Shown here: in pieces, positions 49,117 through 58,689 of the stretch
Layout of the letters: the number at the start of each line of letters is the position of its first letter
How positions within the stretch are numbered: the first letter of the stretch is position 1
Origin: Sedimentisphaerales bacterium
GTDB taxonomy: Bacteria > Planctomycetota > Phycisphaerae > Sedimentisphaerales > Anaerobacaceae
NCBI GenBank assembly: GCA_040772485.1
Contig: JAXGYC010000007.1
Coordinates: 512,001-576,000 of the forward strand
DNA: 64,000 nucleotides
Direction of reading: 5' to 3'
Notes under the pieces: generated by a model
Seen by the model: the letters and a program-made list of their open reading frames with translations, nothing else
Told to the model about the DNA's origin: nothing
Database searches by the model: none
Made by a program: the position numbers and the translations under genes

Positions 49117-51585
49117 CTATTCGTAACGCAATGCCTCCATCGGATCGACCTTCGCGGCCCGCCGGGCCGGAAGGTAACCAGCCAACAGCGAGGCGGCCCC
49201 GAGTAGAACGACGGTTGCGACGATGCTGACCGGATCGATCGGGCTGATGCCATAAAGCAAGCTGGCGGCGATCTTGGCCACACCCAATCCCATGAGCAAT
49301 CCAGCGATCAGTCCCACCATCGTCAGCACCAATCCCTCCCGCAACACCATGCCCATCACATTCCCCTGCGTGGCCCCCAGGGCCATGCGAATACCGATTT
49401 CTGAGGTGCGTGAGGCGACCATGTAGCCCTTGATCGCATAGATGCCCAGTGCTGATAGAAACAACGCTGTAGCCCCAGCTACCAATCCCAAGCGGGCGCA
49501 GAATCTTGCTCGCCATACGGCCGCATCCCCATCGCGTCTCTGAGCCAAAGTCACCACCGGTAGGACCGGAACGCGTGCATCAATCCTGCGAATCTCCTCC
49601 ACTATGCGCCGTCGCAAGGCATCCACCGACTCCCTGTTGGCGGCATGTACGTAAAGACAGGGAGACAACTCTTCCGATCCAGCAGGTGTATACATCTGGG
49701 GATAGACCTCTCGATCTCTTACGCCCGGCAAGTTGGGGACGATGCCCACAACACGGTAAGGTTCCGAATGTTCACTATAAAAACCCCATCGGATAGAACA
49801 GCCGAGCACATTACCGTCCGGCCGAAGCCGGCGTGCCAGGCTCTCATCGATAATCGCGACCTTCTCCGCGTTCGGGACTCGGTCCATCGGAGTGAAGAAT
49901 CGCCCCTGCAAAAGCGGGATCTCCAGGGCCGTGAAATAGTCCCGGCTGACCGTGACCAGCATAGCCTTCCGGGTGAAAGGTCTCCACAATCCGCCCTGAA
50001 AAGTCTCGCTAATCGATATCGGCCCGCCACCCCCGTAGAACGATCGGGTTGATGCCCCCAATGCTCTTACCTCCGGGAGCGATGCCAGATGATCTGTCAA
50101 GGCCTCGCATACCTGAACACTACGGGCCGGGCCGTACCCGGCCGCCAGCGGATCGATCTTCACAATCAACTTGTCATCCAGGGGAAAACGCGAATCGGGT
50201 CGTGCTATTCGCAGGGCACTGCGTGTCAGCAGCATTGCGCTGAGCACAAGCGAGACAGCCAGGGCGATCTGCCCCATCACAGCGAGTGCATCTCGCCTGC
50301 TCCGCAGGGATCCCAGGACACTACCGGCACAAGCCTTCATCTCGCCGGCAAGATCACGCTTTGACAACCACAATGCAGGTCTCAATCCGAAGAGCAGCGT
50401 GGCGATCAGGCACAGGCCCAACGTGACCGCCAGGACACGACTATTCAAACTCGCCTGCAGACCTCTTGCGTAGTAGTCCGGAGTGGTGGTCATCCAGGTA
50501 TTAGGGACTTTCATACTTCCGAAAGCCAGCAGCACACCTAATATGCCGCCCAGCAGGGCCAAGAGCAGCGATTCAGTGAACAACTGTCGAATAATGCGCC
50601 AGCGTCCCCCGCCAAGGGCCAGGCGTACAGTTATCTCATGTTGGCGCGCTGCCCCTTGCACAATCAACATATTCGCCAGATTCAAACAGGCGATCACCAG
50701 TATGATAGCGGATGTCGCTAAGAGTATGACATTGAACAAGGGCTTGCGCAAATAGTCCTCTTCATCATACTCAAGGAACAACCAGAACCGGCTTGGCTTG
50801 CGGAGCTTGAAAAAAGGCGGCCGGCTGTCACGCTCAAGGCCTTCAGGTTTGAATTCCGAAAACAACGACTGGAGCTGCACCTGGGCGACCGGCAGCGTCA
50901 AATCAGGTTTGAGACGACCGACGAGGTCAAACCACAGTTGGTGTTTCGGCCACTGTCGAGCCTGTTTGGAGACAGCTCGGTAGCTTCCCAGCGGCAGCCA
51001 TAGGTCAGGACCGTTGAACGTGACACCGGTAAATCCCTTTGGCATAATGCCGACGACCTCACAACGAACACCATCAACCATCACAAATTGCCCGATAAGT
51101 TCAGGATCGCTCCTCAGACGTTGCCAGCAGAGCCAGCTCAACACCACAACACGAGCGTCACCCTGCTCTTCTTCCGGCACAAAACTGCGTCCTCGGATCG
51201 GCGTCACTCCCAGAACGGAGAAGTAGTTCGCTGAGACATAGGACTCCTCAACTTGCTGGACCGATCCTCCATGAACCAGAGTTCCCCCAAGCGGCAAAGC
51301 TTGAGCCAAGAGATCGCTAAAGACCAGGGCACTGTTACGGACAGTAAGATACTCCGAGTAACGAAATCCGAGTGCTTCCGGGTCTTGAAATCCACAATAC
51401 ACCAACTGCTCAGGTGCTTTCACTTTTCCCGGATGAGCCAGCAACAACAGATCGGTGATGCTGAACATGATCGTATTGGCGCCGATGCCGACCGCCAGCG
51501 TAATCAGGGCAACCGCTGTGAACCCGCGGTTCTTCACCAGCATGCGCAACCCGTACTTGACGTCCTGCCAGAGCGCCGCCGTCAT
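49117..51585 (-). CDS. ADOP-type ABC permease, 1st
   Basis: Same motifs; ATGA overlap with the ATPase. Confidence 0.95.
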   Translation of the reverse strand: MTAALWQDVKYGLRMLVKNRGFTAVALITLAVGIGANTIMFSITDLLLLAHPGKVKAPEQLVYCGFQDPEALGFRYSEYLTVRNSALVFSDLLAQALPLGGTLVHGGSVQQVEESYVSANYFSVLGVTPIRGRSFVPEEEQGDARVVVLSWLCWQRLRSDPELIGQFVMVDGVRCEVVGIMPKGFTGVTFNGPDLWLPLGSYRAVSKQARQWPKHQLWFDLVGRLKPDLTLPVAQVQLQSLFSEFKPEGLERDSRPPFFKLRKPSRFWLFLEYDEEDYLRKPLFNVILLATSAIILVIACLNLANMLIVQGAARQHEITVRLALGGGRWRIIRQLFTESLLLALLGGILGVLLAFGSMKVPNTWMTTTPDYYARGLQASLNSRVLAVTLGLCLIATLLFGLRPALWLSKRDLAGEMKACAGSVLGSLRSRRDALAVMGQIALAVSLVLSAMLLTRSALRIARPDSRFPLDDKLIVKIDPLAAGYGPARSVQVCEALTDHLASLPEVRALGASTRSFYGGGGPISISETFQGGLWRPFTRKAMLVTVSRDYFTALEIPLLQGRFFTPMDRVPNAEKVAIIDESLARRLRPDGNVLGCSIRWGFYSEHSEPYRVVGIVPNLPGVRDREVYPQMYTPAGSEELSPCLYVHAANRESVDALRRRIVEEIRRIDARVPVLPVVTLAQRRDGDAAVWRARFCARLGLVAGATALFLSALGIYAIKGYMVASRTSEIGIRMALGATQGNVMGMVLREGLVLTMVGLIAGLLMGLGVAKIAASLLYGISPIDPVSIVATVVLLGAASLLAGYLPARRAAKVDPMEALRYE

Positions 51586-52322
51586 GGGACCTCCGCGTTG
51601 TCTGTCTGATTCTCGCGCCGCTTCGGAATCGCATCGTCGTCATCCACGATGCGTCCATCAAACAAATGGATGGTGCGCTGGGCGTAGCCGGCGTATCGCG
51701 GGTCGTGGGTGACCATGCAGATCGTTGTGCCCTCGCGGTGCAGTTCGGCGAGCATCTCCATCACCGCCCGGCCGCTGTTCGAATCGAGGTTCCCGGTCGG
51801 CTCGTCGGCCAGGAGGATCGCAGGGCGGCCGACGACGGCGCGGGCGGCCGCCACCCGCTGCTGCTGACCGCCGGACAGTTGGGCCGGATAGTGTTTGGCC
51901 CGATGCGACATCCCCACGCGATCCAGCGTCTCCTGCACCCACTGCCGGCGCTGGGCTGACGGGACGCGACGGTACAGCAGCGGCAGCTCCACGTTCTGGT
52001 AGACGGTCAGATCGCCGATCAGATTGAAGCTCTGGAAGATGAAGCCGACCCGGCGATTGCGGGTGCGGGCCCGCTCGGAAGGCGTCAGGCTCGCCACGGG
52101 CCGGCCGTCGAGCCAGTAGTCGCCTTCGCTGGGCGTATCGAGCAGGCCCAGAATGGCCATCAGGGTCGACTTGCCGCAGCCGGACGGTCCGGAAATCGCC
52201 ACATATTCGCCCCGCGCGATCGACAGGTGAATCCCGGCCAGTGCATGGGTCTCCACTTCGTCTGTCACAAAGACCCGGTGGAGATTCTCCGCTCGTATCA
52301 AGGCGTCTTTCGCTCCGCTCAC
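51582..52322 (-). CDS. ABC transporter ATP-binding protein (LolD/MacB-type)
   Basis: Walker A GPSGCGKST, LSGGQQQR, ILLADEPTGNLD, MVTHD. Confidence 0.97.
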   Translation of the reverse strand: MSGAKDALIRAENLHRVFVTDEVETHALAGIHLSIARGEYVAISGPSGCGKSTLMAILGLLDTPSEGDYWLDGRPVASLTPSERARTRNRRVGFIFQSFNLIGDLTVYQNVELPLLYRRVPSAQRRQWVQETLDRVGMSHRAKHYPAQLSGGQQQRVAAARAVVGRPAILLADEPTGNLDSNSGRAVMEMLAELHREGTTICMVTHDPRYAGYAQRTIHLFDGRIVDDDDAIPKRRENQTDNAEVP

Positions 52323-52641
52323 ATCCGCATCCCACCTTCACAACCCAAGGCCCCGCCCCGCCGGCCAGGCCGAAAACCCTTTTCTGCGCACGTTATGACG
52401 GTTGGGCCGGTCCGATGTTACCCTCCGATACAGATTTATTCGCTTGCATTCGCCGGAATACCCGCCCATAATGGCGGTATTGAAGCGGGCTCGCCGCCCC
52501 GGATCCAGGCAAGCAGGTAATGCTGTTGCCCTTGTAGTCGGCGACGAGAAGCCGCGATGACGGGCAAAAAACGACGCATGAGCCGATGGCCAGGAGAACG
52601 CGTAGTTCAGGACCCGCGATGGGAAGAATGAGGGGTCAATC

Positions 52642-53094
52642 ATGAAAACAATCCGTACCCGGACCGGCATCATCGTGATTGTCTCGTTCGCGATCATCGC
52701 CTTCAGCCTCTCGTACCTGTTGTCGACGTTGCCCGGCCGGAGCGAATGGGAACGATTCCGGGCCGAGCATCCCGAGAAGGCGATCCAGGCCAATCTCAGG
52801 CAAGTGGTCATGGCGGGCGGCGCCTACCTCAGGAGTCATCGCGTCCCCGAGGTGACGTACGAAGACCTTCTCCGCGACGGCGAGTTTCTCTCACGCCCCG
52901 TTGACCCGGTGCTGGGTGAGGACTACCGCACGATTCGCCTGTCGTTGAGAGACACCAAAGTCGCGGTCGTGACGAAGGACGGCCGGACGATCACGTACGA
53001 GTTCGGGACCCTCAGCGTGGGGGGAATCGATCCGGGGCCGCTCGTTCCGCCCTCGATGCGGGGCGACGCGATGCAAGGCAACGGTGACTCGTGA
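52642..53094 (+). CDS. Hypothetical membrane-anchored protein, pilin-like helical segment
   Basis: N-terminal TM; AIQANLRQVVMAGGAYL...VTYEDLL; GTGA overlap with tag. Confidence 0.6.
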   Translation: MKTIRTRTGIIVIVSFAIIAFSLSYLLSTLPGRSEWERFRAEHPEKAIQANLRQVVMAGGAYLRSHRVPEVTYEDLLRDGEFLSRPVDPVLGEDYRTIRLSLRDTKVAVVTKDGRTITYEFGTLSVGGIDPGPLVPPSMRGDAMQGNGDS

Positions 53095-53672
53095 ACCGCT
53101 GCGGATGGTGCGCCGCCGACCCCGTCTACCAGGCCTATCATGACAGCGAATGGGGCGTCCCGACGCACGACGACCGCAGGCTTTTCGAGATGCTGGTTCT
53201 GGAAGGCGCCCAAGCGGGACTGAACTGGCTGACGATCCTGAAGAAACGGGAGGGTTACCGCCGGGCCTTCGACAACTTCGATGTCGAGAAGGTCGCTCGC
53301 TACGGCCTGAAACAGGTTCACCACCTGCTGAACGATTCCGGAATCGTCAGGAATCGCCTCAAAGTCGAATCGGCCGTGCGCAACGCCCGCGCGTTCCTGG
53401 ACGTGCAGTCCGAATTCGGCTCCTTCGACGCATTCGTCTGGCGATTCGTCGATTCGACGCCGAGACAGAACGCCTGGACGTCCCTGTCCCAAATCCCTGC
53501 CTGCACAGAGGAATCGGACGCCATGAGCAAGGAACTGAAGAAGCGCGGGTTCAATTTCATCGGTTCGACGATCTGCTACGCCTTCATGCAGTCCGTGGGG
53601 ATGGTAAACGATCACGTCACCGATTGCTTTCGATACAAACAGGTGGCACAGCTCGCTCGGCCGACTCCTTGA
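53091..53672 (+). CDS. tag: DNA-3-methyladenine glycosylase I
   Basis: RCGW...YHDSEWG...LFEMLVLEGAQAGLNWLTILKKR...IVRNRLK...MQSVGMVNDH..DC. Confidence 0.97.
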   Translation: MNRCGWCAADPVYQAYHDSEWGVPTHDDRRLFEMLVLEGAQAGLNWLTILKKREGYRRAFDNFDVEKVARYGLKQVHHLLNDSGIVRNRLKVESAVRNARAFLDVQSEFGSFDAFVWRFVDSTPRQNAWTSLSQIPACTEESDAMSKELKKRGFNFIGSTICYAFMQSVGMVNDHVTDCFRYKQVAQLARPTP

Positions 53673-53698
53673 CGGCAGCGGGAGGACTCGATCTGCCC

Positions 53699-54073
53699 AT
53701 GATCCAGGTGCGATCCATCGGCGATGTGGCCCGGCGACTGCAAGACAACTGGCCCGGTTATCTGGCGACGTATTGGGCTTTCCTGCTTCTGCTGGCGGTG
53801 GCGGCGGCGGCAGACATGCTCTCGACCGTCTTCTTCATGGCGATCGACGGTCCCCAGGCCGAAAGTCACCCGGTTATCCGGCTGCTCTCTCTCGCCCTGG
53901 GTCCCATGCTCGGCCCGGTTGTCGGCAAGCTCGCCCAATTCGCCGCGGTCATCCTGCTGACGGTCTTCCTGCGCCGCTGGGCGATCTACATCTTCGTCGC
54001 CGTCATCATCCTGTACGCCTGGGCGGCTGTCTACAACGTCGTTGCCACCCCCGTCTTGCTGGGCGCCTTCTGA
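53699..54073 (+). CDS. Small membrane protein (DUF5658-like)
   Basis: Three hydrophobic helices; D..ST...E.HP motif; RBS ggagga. Confidence 0.7.
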   Translation: MIQVRSIGDVARRLQDNWPGYLATYWAFLLLLAVAAAADMLSTVFFMAIDGPQAESHPVIRLLSLALGPMLGPVVGKLAQFAAVILLTVFLRRWAIYIFVAVIILYAWAAVYNVVATPVLLGAF

Positions 54074-54261
54074 CGCGAGTGGCAGCCTTCCACACGTCTG
54101 AAAGAGGCCTTGCACGAAGACCCGTACTGGCGTCCCCGCCCCCGCAGACTTGCGGCACTTTTTTCTTGCCTTTGCCGCCCATTCCGGCCATGATAGAGTC
54201 CGGATCAAGCGACTCCAACGATTGTGATGTGGTTATCCTTGGAAAAGGGAGGGATACTCGC

Positions 54262-55092
54262 ATGACGTGTAACTATGGGGTACAGCGAGCAAAGAGGGGC
54301 TTCACGCTGATCGAGCTTCTCGTCGTGATTTCCATCATTGCCGTGCTGCTGAGCATTCTGATGCCCGCGCTGGGCATCGTCCGCGAGCAGGGCCGCCGGA
54401 TGGTCTGCGCCCAGAACGAGAAGAACATGGGGCTGGGCCTGTTCGTCTACGCCAACGACAACGACGGCAAGCTGCCCATGAATGAGGTCGACCGCTGGCT
54501 GTTCGACGTCTCGTACTGGACCACGGACATCATCCTCAAGACGGGCGCCTTCGACCGGCACATCTTCTACTGCCCATCCTGGAAGCAGCGGGACAGCATC
54601 CTCTTCTGGCGGTACGGCGAAAACTTCCCACTCGGGACGCCCGAGAGCGCTCTGACGCCGGAACCCACCGCCGAAGCGACTCGAAAAGACTACCACCGCA
54701 TCATGGGCTACTACTGGCTCATCGACACGAAGGCTGGGCGAGCCAACCAGCCGATGGACCCGGACGGTCTGACGAAGCGGTGGGTCCGGACGACAACGTC
54801 GACAAAGATAAAAGGCTCAGACAAACCAATACCGCCGGCCACGATGGAGCTGATCACCGACGTGACCGCCAGCGACGGGCCCAACCGAGAGACTGCCGAC
54901 TTCACCAGGGCCTCGGGAGGCTGCTGGTCACGCTGGCAGGTGTACGACAGAACCAATCACCTCAAGAACAGCACCAAGCCCTCCGGCGGCAATATCCTCT
55001 TCCTCGACGGCCACGTCGACTGGCGTAAGTTCCAGGAGATGGAGCATCGCTGGTTTTACGAACTCTATGCGAACCCCTGCATGTGGTGGTGA
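54262..55092 (+). CDS. Prepilin-type N-terminal cleavage/methylation domain protein with H-x-DG-like motif
   Basis: [46 protein letters not shown]. Confidence 0.92.
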   Translation: MTCNYGVQRAKRGFTLIELLVVISIIAVLLSILMPALGIVREQGRRMVCAQNEKNMGLGLFVYANDNDGKLPMNEVDRWLFDVSYWTTDIILKTGAFDRHIFYCPSWKQRDSILFWRYGENFPLGTPESALTPEPTAEATRKDYHRIMGYYWLIDTKAGRANQPMDPDGLTKRWVRTTTSTKIKGSDKPIPPATMELITDVTASDGPNRETADFTRASGGCWSRWQVYDRTNHLKNSTKPSGGNILFLDGHVDWRKFQEMEHRWFYELYANPCMWW

Positions 55093-55094
55093 GT

Positions 55095-58000
55095 ATGGCC
55101 CCATCGCATCACCCACGGCGCATCTGGACTGCGATCCTCATCCTGTCACAGGTGTGCTCTCATAGTGCGCTTGCGGCGGACAGTCTGCGAGAAGCATTCC
55201 AGGAGCCGCCGCTGCCGGCTCGACCGTCGGTCTATTGGGCGTGGGTCAACGGCCTGACGAACCAGGACCGCATGACAGTCGAACTGGAGGAGATGAAGGC
55301 CAAGGGCATCGGCGGCGTGTACATCTTCGACATCGGCGCACAGGACCCCAGGCGCATCGTGCCGGCCGGTCCCGCTTTCATGGGTCCCGAATCGCTTGAC
55401 GCCATCGGCCACACGGTGCGCGAAGCGACGCGGCTCGGCATGGAGGTCGGCCTGGTCACGTCGAGCAGTTGGAACTGCGGCGGGCCGTGGGTCCCATCTG
55501 AATACGCCAGCATGGGCCTCTACCACTGCCAGATCACCGTGACAGGCCCGGCACGCCTCGATAGTCCGCTGCCTCTGCCGGCGCTTCCGGCCGCTGCGCC
55601 ACGAGGCCCTGACGGCAAACCGGCGTATGTCAAGGACGTGGCGGCGCTGGCGATCCCGTCACCCAAGCGGTCGGCGGGACACGAATTTGTCTTCGAACTC
55701 GCTCCGCCAGGAACGCATACCGTCGACCGCGTAGTCCTGTACAACACACCCAGCGGCGACGAGAAGCGCTATGGTCCGATGCACCTGTTCGCCAAGGACT
55801 TTGCGGTCGGCGTCTCGACCGAAAGCACGGAGCCGAACGGCTTCCGCCAGATCGTGCGGGCGGCGCTCGAGCCCATTACGGAAGCTCAGACGTTCCGCTT
55901 CGAGCCGACCCAGGCCCGCTACGTGAAGCTCGTCGTCCTGTCGGGTCACAATCGCAAATTCGACCGCGTGCAACTGGGCGAGTTCGAGGTCTACTCGACC
56001 GACGGCGTCAACGTCGCCAACGCCTATCACCCCGACGGCAGCAAGACCGCCGCCAGTCTGCTGCACAGCAGTTCCGCCCTGGGCAGCGAGACGGAGCAGA
56101 ACTGGACCACCGCCAATATCCACGACGGCGCCAAGTCGGGCGCGGCCGGAAGCTGGTCGTCCGCCGGTCCGCCGCCGCTGGTGATCGAGGACCCGGAAGA
56201 CATCGTCGACGTGACGAACCGTATCGATGCGAATGGCCGCCTCGATTGGGACATCCCCGAAGGCGAATGGATCATCCTGCGTTTCGTCTGTGCCAATACG
56301 GGCCTGCCGCTGAGATTGCCAAGCCCCAATTCCGGCGGCCTGGCCATCGACCATTTCAGCGCCAAGGCGACGAGGTTCCATTTTCAGTACCTGCTCGACA
56401 CGCTGCATGAGGAGTTGGGCGACTTCAGGGACACGGCCCTCAAACAGATGTACGTATGCAGCTACGAGCTGAGCGGCTCGACGTGGACTCCCGATTTCCT
56501 GTCTCAGTTCGCCAAGCGTCGCGGCTACGACATGACGCGGTATCTGCCCGTCCTGGCGGGCTGCGCCCTGAAGGACCACGAGGCCGCAAAACGATTCGAG
56601 TATGACTACCGCAAGACGCTGGGCGATCTGCTGGTCGACGCGTTTTACAGGGCCGCTACAGAACTATCAAACGAGCATGGTCTGCTGCTGTGCGCTGAAG
56701 CGGGCGGACCGGGACCGCCCCTGCACCAGGTGCCCGTCGACGCACTGAAGGCGCTCGGGGCGCTTGACATCCCGCGAGGCGAGTTCTGGAAGGAGCACAA
56801 CGTCTGGGTCGTGAAGGAGACCGCCTGCGCCGCGCACATCTATGGCAAGAGTCAGGTCGACATGGAGGCGTTCACGAGCTGGCGGCACTGGCAGGATGGC
56901 CCCTTCGAGCTCAAGCCCATCGCCGACCGTGCCTTCTGCGATGGTGCGAACCATTTCACGTTCCACACCGCCGCACACAACCCGTCGGCGACCGACCGGC
57001 CTGGCTGGGTCTATCACGCCGGCACGCACATCAGCCCGAGCATCGCGTGGTGGCCCAAGGCCAAGCCCTGGATCGATTATCTGGCGAGATGCAGCTTCCT
57101 GCTCCAGCAGGGTCTGTTCGTCGCCGACGTGTGTTACTACTACGGCGACCAGGGCTATAACTTCGTGCCTCCCAAGCAAATCGATCCGTCCCTGGGTTTC
57201 GGCTACGACTACGACGTGACCAACGCCGAGGTCATCCTCACCCGGATGGCTGTCAAGGATGGCTGCCTCACATTGCCCGACGGAATGAGTTACGAATTGC
57301 TCGTCCTGCCCGAGCGCGACGACATCGACCTGGACGTCCTAAAGAAGATCGAGCAGATGGTCAAAGACGGCGCCACCGCCGTCGGGCCCAAACCCACCCG
57401 CTCCAACGGCCTGGCCGACCACATTCGGCGCGACGAGGAGGTACGGCAGATCGCCAACCGCCTCTGGGGCCCCTGCGATGGCGACACCATCAAAGAACGC
57501 CGCTGCGGCCAAGGCAGAATCATCTGGGGCAAGACCCTGCGTGAGATCCTTGAACAACGCGGGATCGGCCCGGATTTCACAGCGTATTCTCCGCGCAGCG
57601 ACATCCAGTATCCGCTGGATTACATTCACCGCCGCACGCCGGAGGCGGAGATCTACTTCGTCAGCAACAAGACCGACCGTTGGGAGAACGTGACGTGCGC
57701 GTTCCGCGTGTCAGGTCGAGTCCCACAACTGTGGATGCCCGACACCGGCCGGCTCCGAGCGTGCCGGTTAGAGCGCGATGGCGCCAGCGGCACGCGTGTA
57801 TCTTTGCGATTGGCCCCCTATGGCAGCGTGTTCATCGTGTTCCGCGAGACCCCCGAGACTCTGCCAATGGTGGAGGAACCGCCTCTGTCCGAAACCGGAC
57901 GCGAAATCGCTGGCCCGTGGGAAGTCCGCTTTACGCCGGGATGGGGTGCGCCACCGTCAAAGACCTTCCCCAAGCTCGTCTTTTGGACGGACGTCGACGA

Positions 58001-58418
58001 TGAAGGCGTGAAGTACTTCTCGGGAATCGCGTCCTATCACAACACGTTCGACGTCAACGCCGGCCAGATCGCGCCGGGCAAGCGGATCGTTCTCGATCTC
58101 GGCCAAGTGCGATTTATCGCCGAGGTCTACGTCAACGGGCAAAGTCAAGGCATTCTCTGGAAGCCCCCCTTCCAGGTCGATATCACAGGTGCCGTCAAGG
58201 CAGGCACGAACCGGCTCGTCGTCGAGGTCGCCAACACGTGGTCGAACCGACTCGTCGGTGACGCCCGATCGCCCGACAGCCCGAAGTTCTGCCGCACCAA
58301 TATCGACAGGTCCCTGACCTGGCAAGTCCCCTGGAAGGACACCCCCCTGCTTCCCTCCGGCCTCCTGGGCCCGGTCCGGCTGATCACGACCAGCGCGGCG
58401 TCTGCAACATCTCCGTGA
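55095..58418 (+). CDS. GH106-like glycoside hydrolase (alpha-L-rhamnosidase family) with inserted discoidin-like domain
   Basis: ARPSVYWAWVNG...LEEMKAKGIGG; DIPRGEFW...ACAAHIYGK...EAFT; C-terminal EVANTWSNRLVGD...PSGLLGPV. Confidence 0.9.
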   Translation: MAPSHHPRRIWTAILILSQVCSHSALAADSLREAFQEPPLPARPSVYWAWVNGLTNQDRMTVELEEMKAKGIGGVYIFDIGAQDPRRIVPAGPAFMGPESLDAIGHTVREATRLGMEVGLVTSSSWNCGGPWVPSEYASMGLYHCQITVTGPARLDSPLPLPALPAAAPRGPDGKPAYVKDVAALAIPSPKRSAGHEFVFELAPPGTHTVDRVVLYNTPSGDEKRYGPMHLFAKDFAVGVSTESTEPNGFRQIVRAALEPITEAQTFRFEPTQARYVKLVVLSGHNRKFDRVQLGEFEVYSTDGVNVANAYHPDGSKTAASLLHSSSALGSETEQNWTTANIHDGAKSGAAGSWSSAGPPPLVIEDPEDIVDVTNRIDANGRLDWDIPEGEWIILRFVCANTGLPLRLPSPNSGGLAIDHFSAKATRFHFQYLLDTLHEELGDFRDTALKQMYVCSYELSGSTWTPDFLSQFAKRRGYDMTRYLPVLAGCALKDHEAAKRFEYDYRKTLGDLLVDAFYRAATELSNEHGLLLCAEAGGPGPPLHQVPVDALKALGALDIPRGEFWKEHNVWVVKETACAAHIYGKSQVDMEAFTSWRHWQDGPFELKPIADRAFCDGANHFTFHTAAHNPSATDRPGWVYHAGTHISPSIAWWPKAKPWIDYLARCSFLLQQGLFVADVCYYYGDQGYNFVPPKQIDPSLGFGYDYDVTNAEVILTRMAVKDGCLTLPDGMSYELLVLPERDDIDLDVLKKIEQMVKDGATAVGPKPTRSNGLADHIRRDEEVRQIANRLWGPCDGDTIKERRCGQGRIIWGKTLREILEQRGIGPDFTAYSPRSDIQYPLDYIHRRTPEAEIYFVSNKTDRWENVTCAFRVSGRVPQLWMPDTGRLRACRLERDGASGTRVSLRLAPYGSVFIVFRETPETLPMVEEPPLSETGREIAGPWEVRFTPGWGAPPSKTFPKLVFWTDVDDEGVKYFSGIASYHNTFDVNAGQIAPGKRIVLDLGQVRFIAEVYVNGQSQGILWKPPFQVDITGAVKAGTNRLVVEVANTWSNRLVGDARSPDSPKFCRTNIDRSLTWQVPWKDTPLLPSGLLGPVRLITTSAASATSP

Positions 58419-58508
58419 CCGCCGGTTTTCACTTGCCCTTTTGGATGGGACAAAACAGAATGATCTCATAATATGGATTAGGAAAAGTCCTCGCGCCGAA
58501 GTGACTTT

Positions 58509-58596
58509 GTCATCCTGAGCCTCGCGAAGGATCTGGTTATGGCATGAGACGTTCTTCTCATTCGCCGCCCAGATCCTTCACTTCGTTCAGGACGAC
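58509..58596. repeat. Inverted pair of GTCATCCTGAGC...GAAGGATCT-type dispersed repeats
   Basis: gtcatcctgagcctcgcgaaggatctgg ... ccagatccttcacttcgttcaggacgac. Confidence 0.7.
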
Positions 58597-58689
58597 AAGG
58601 CGGGGCGCACGGATGAATCCCAATCGGTATAATGCGATGGGCCAATCCTCATCACAGATGCGCACGTACTAGAAACGAAGGAGAGCATC

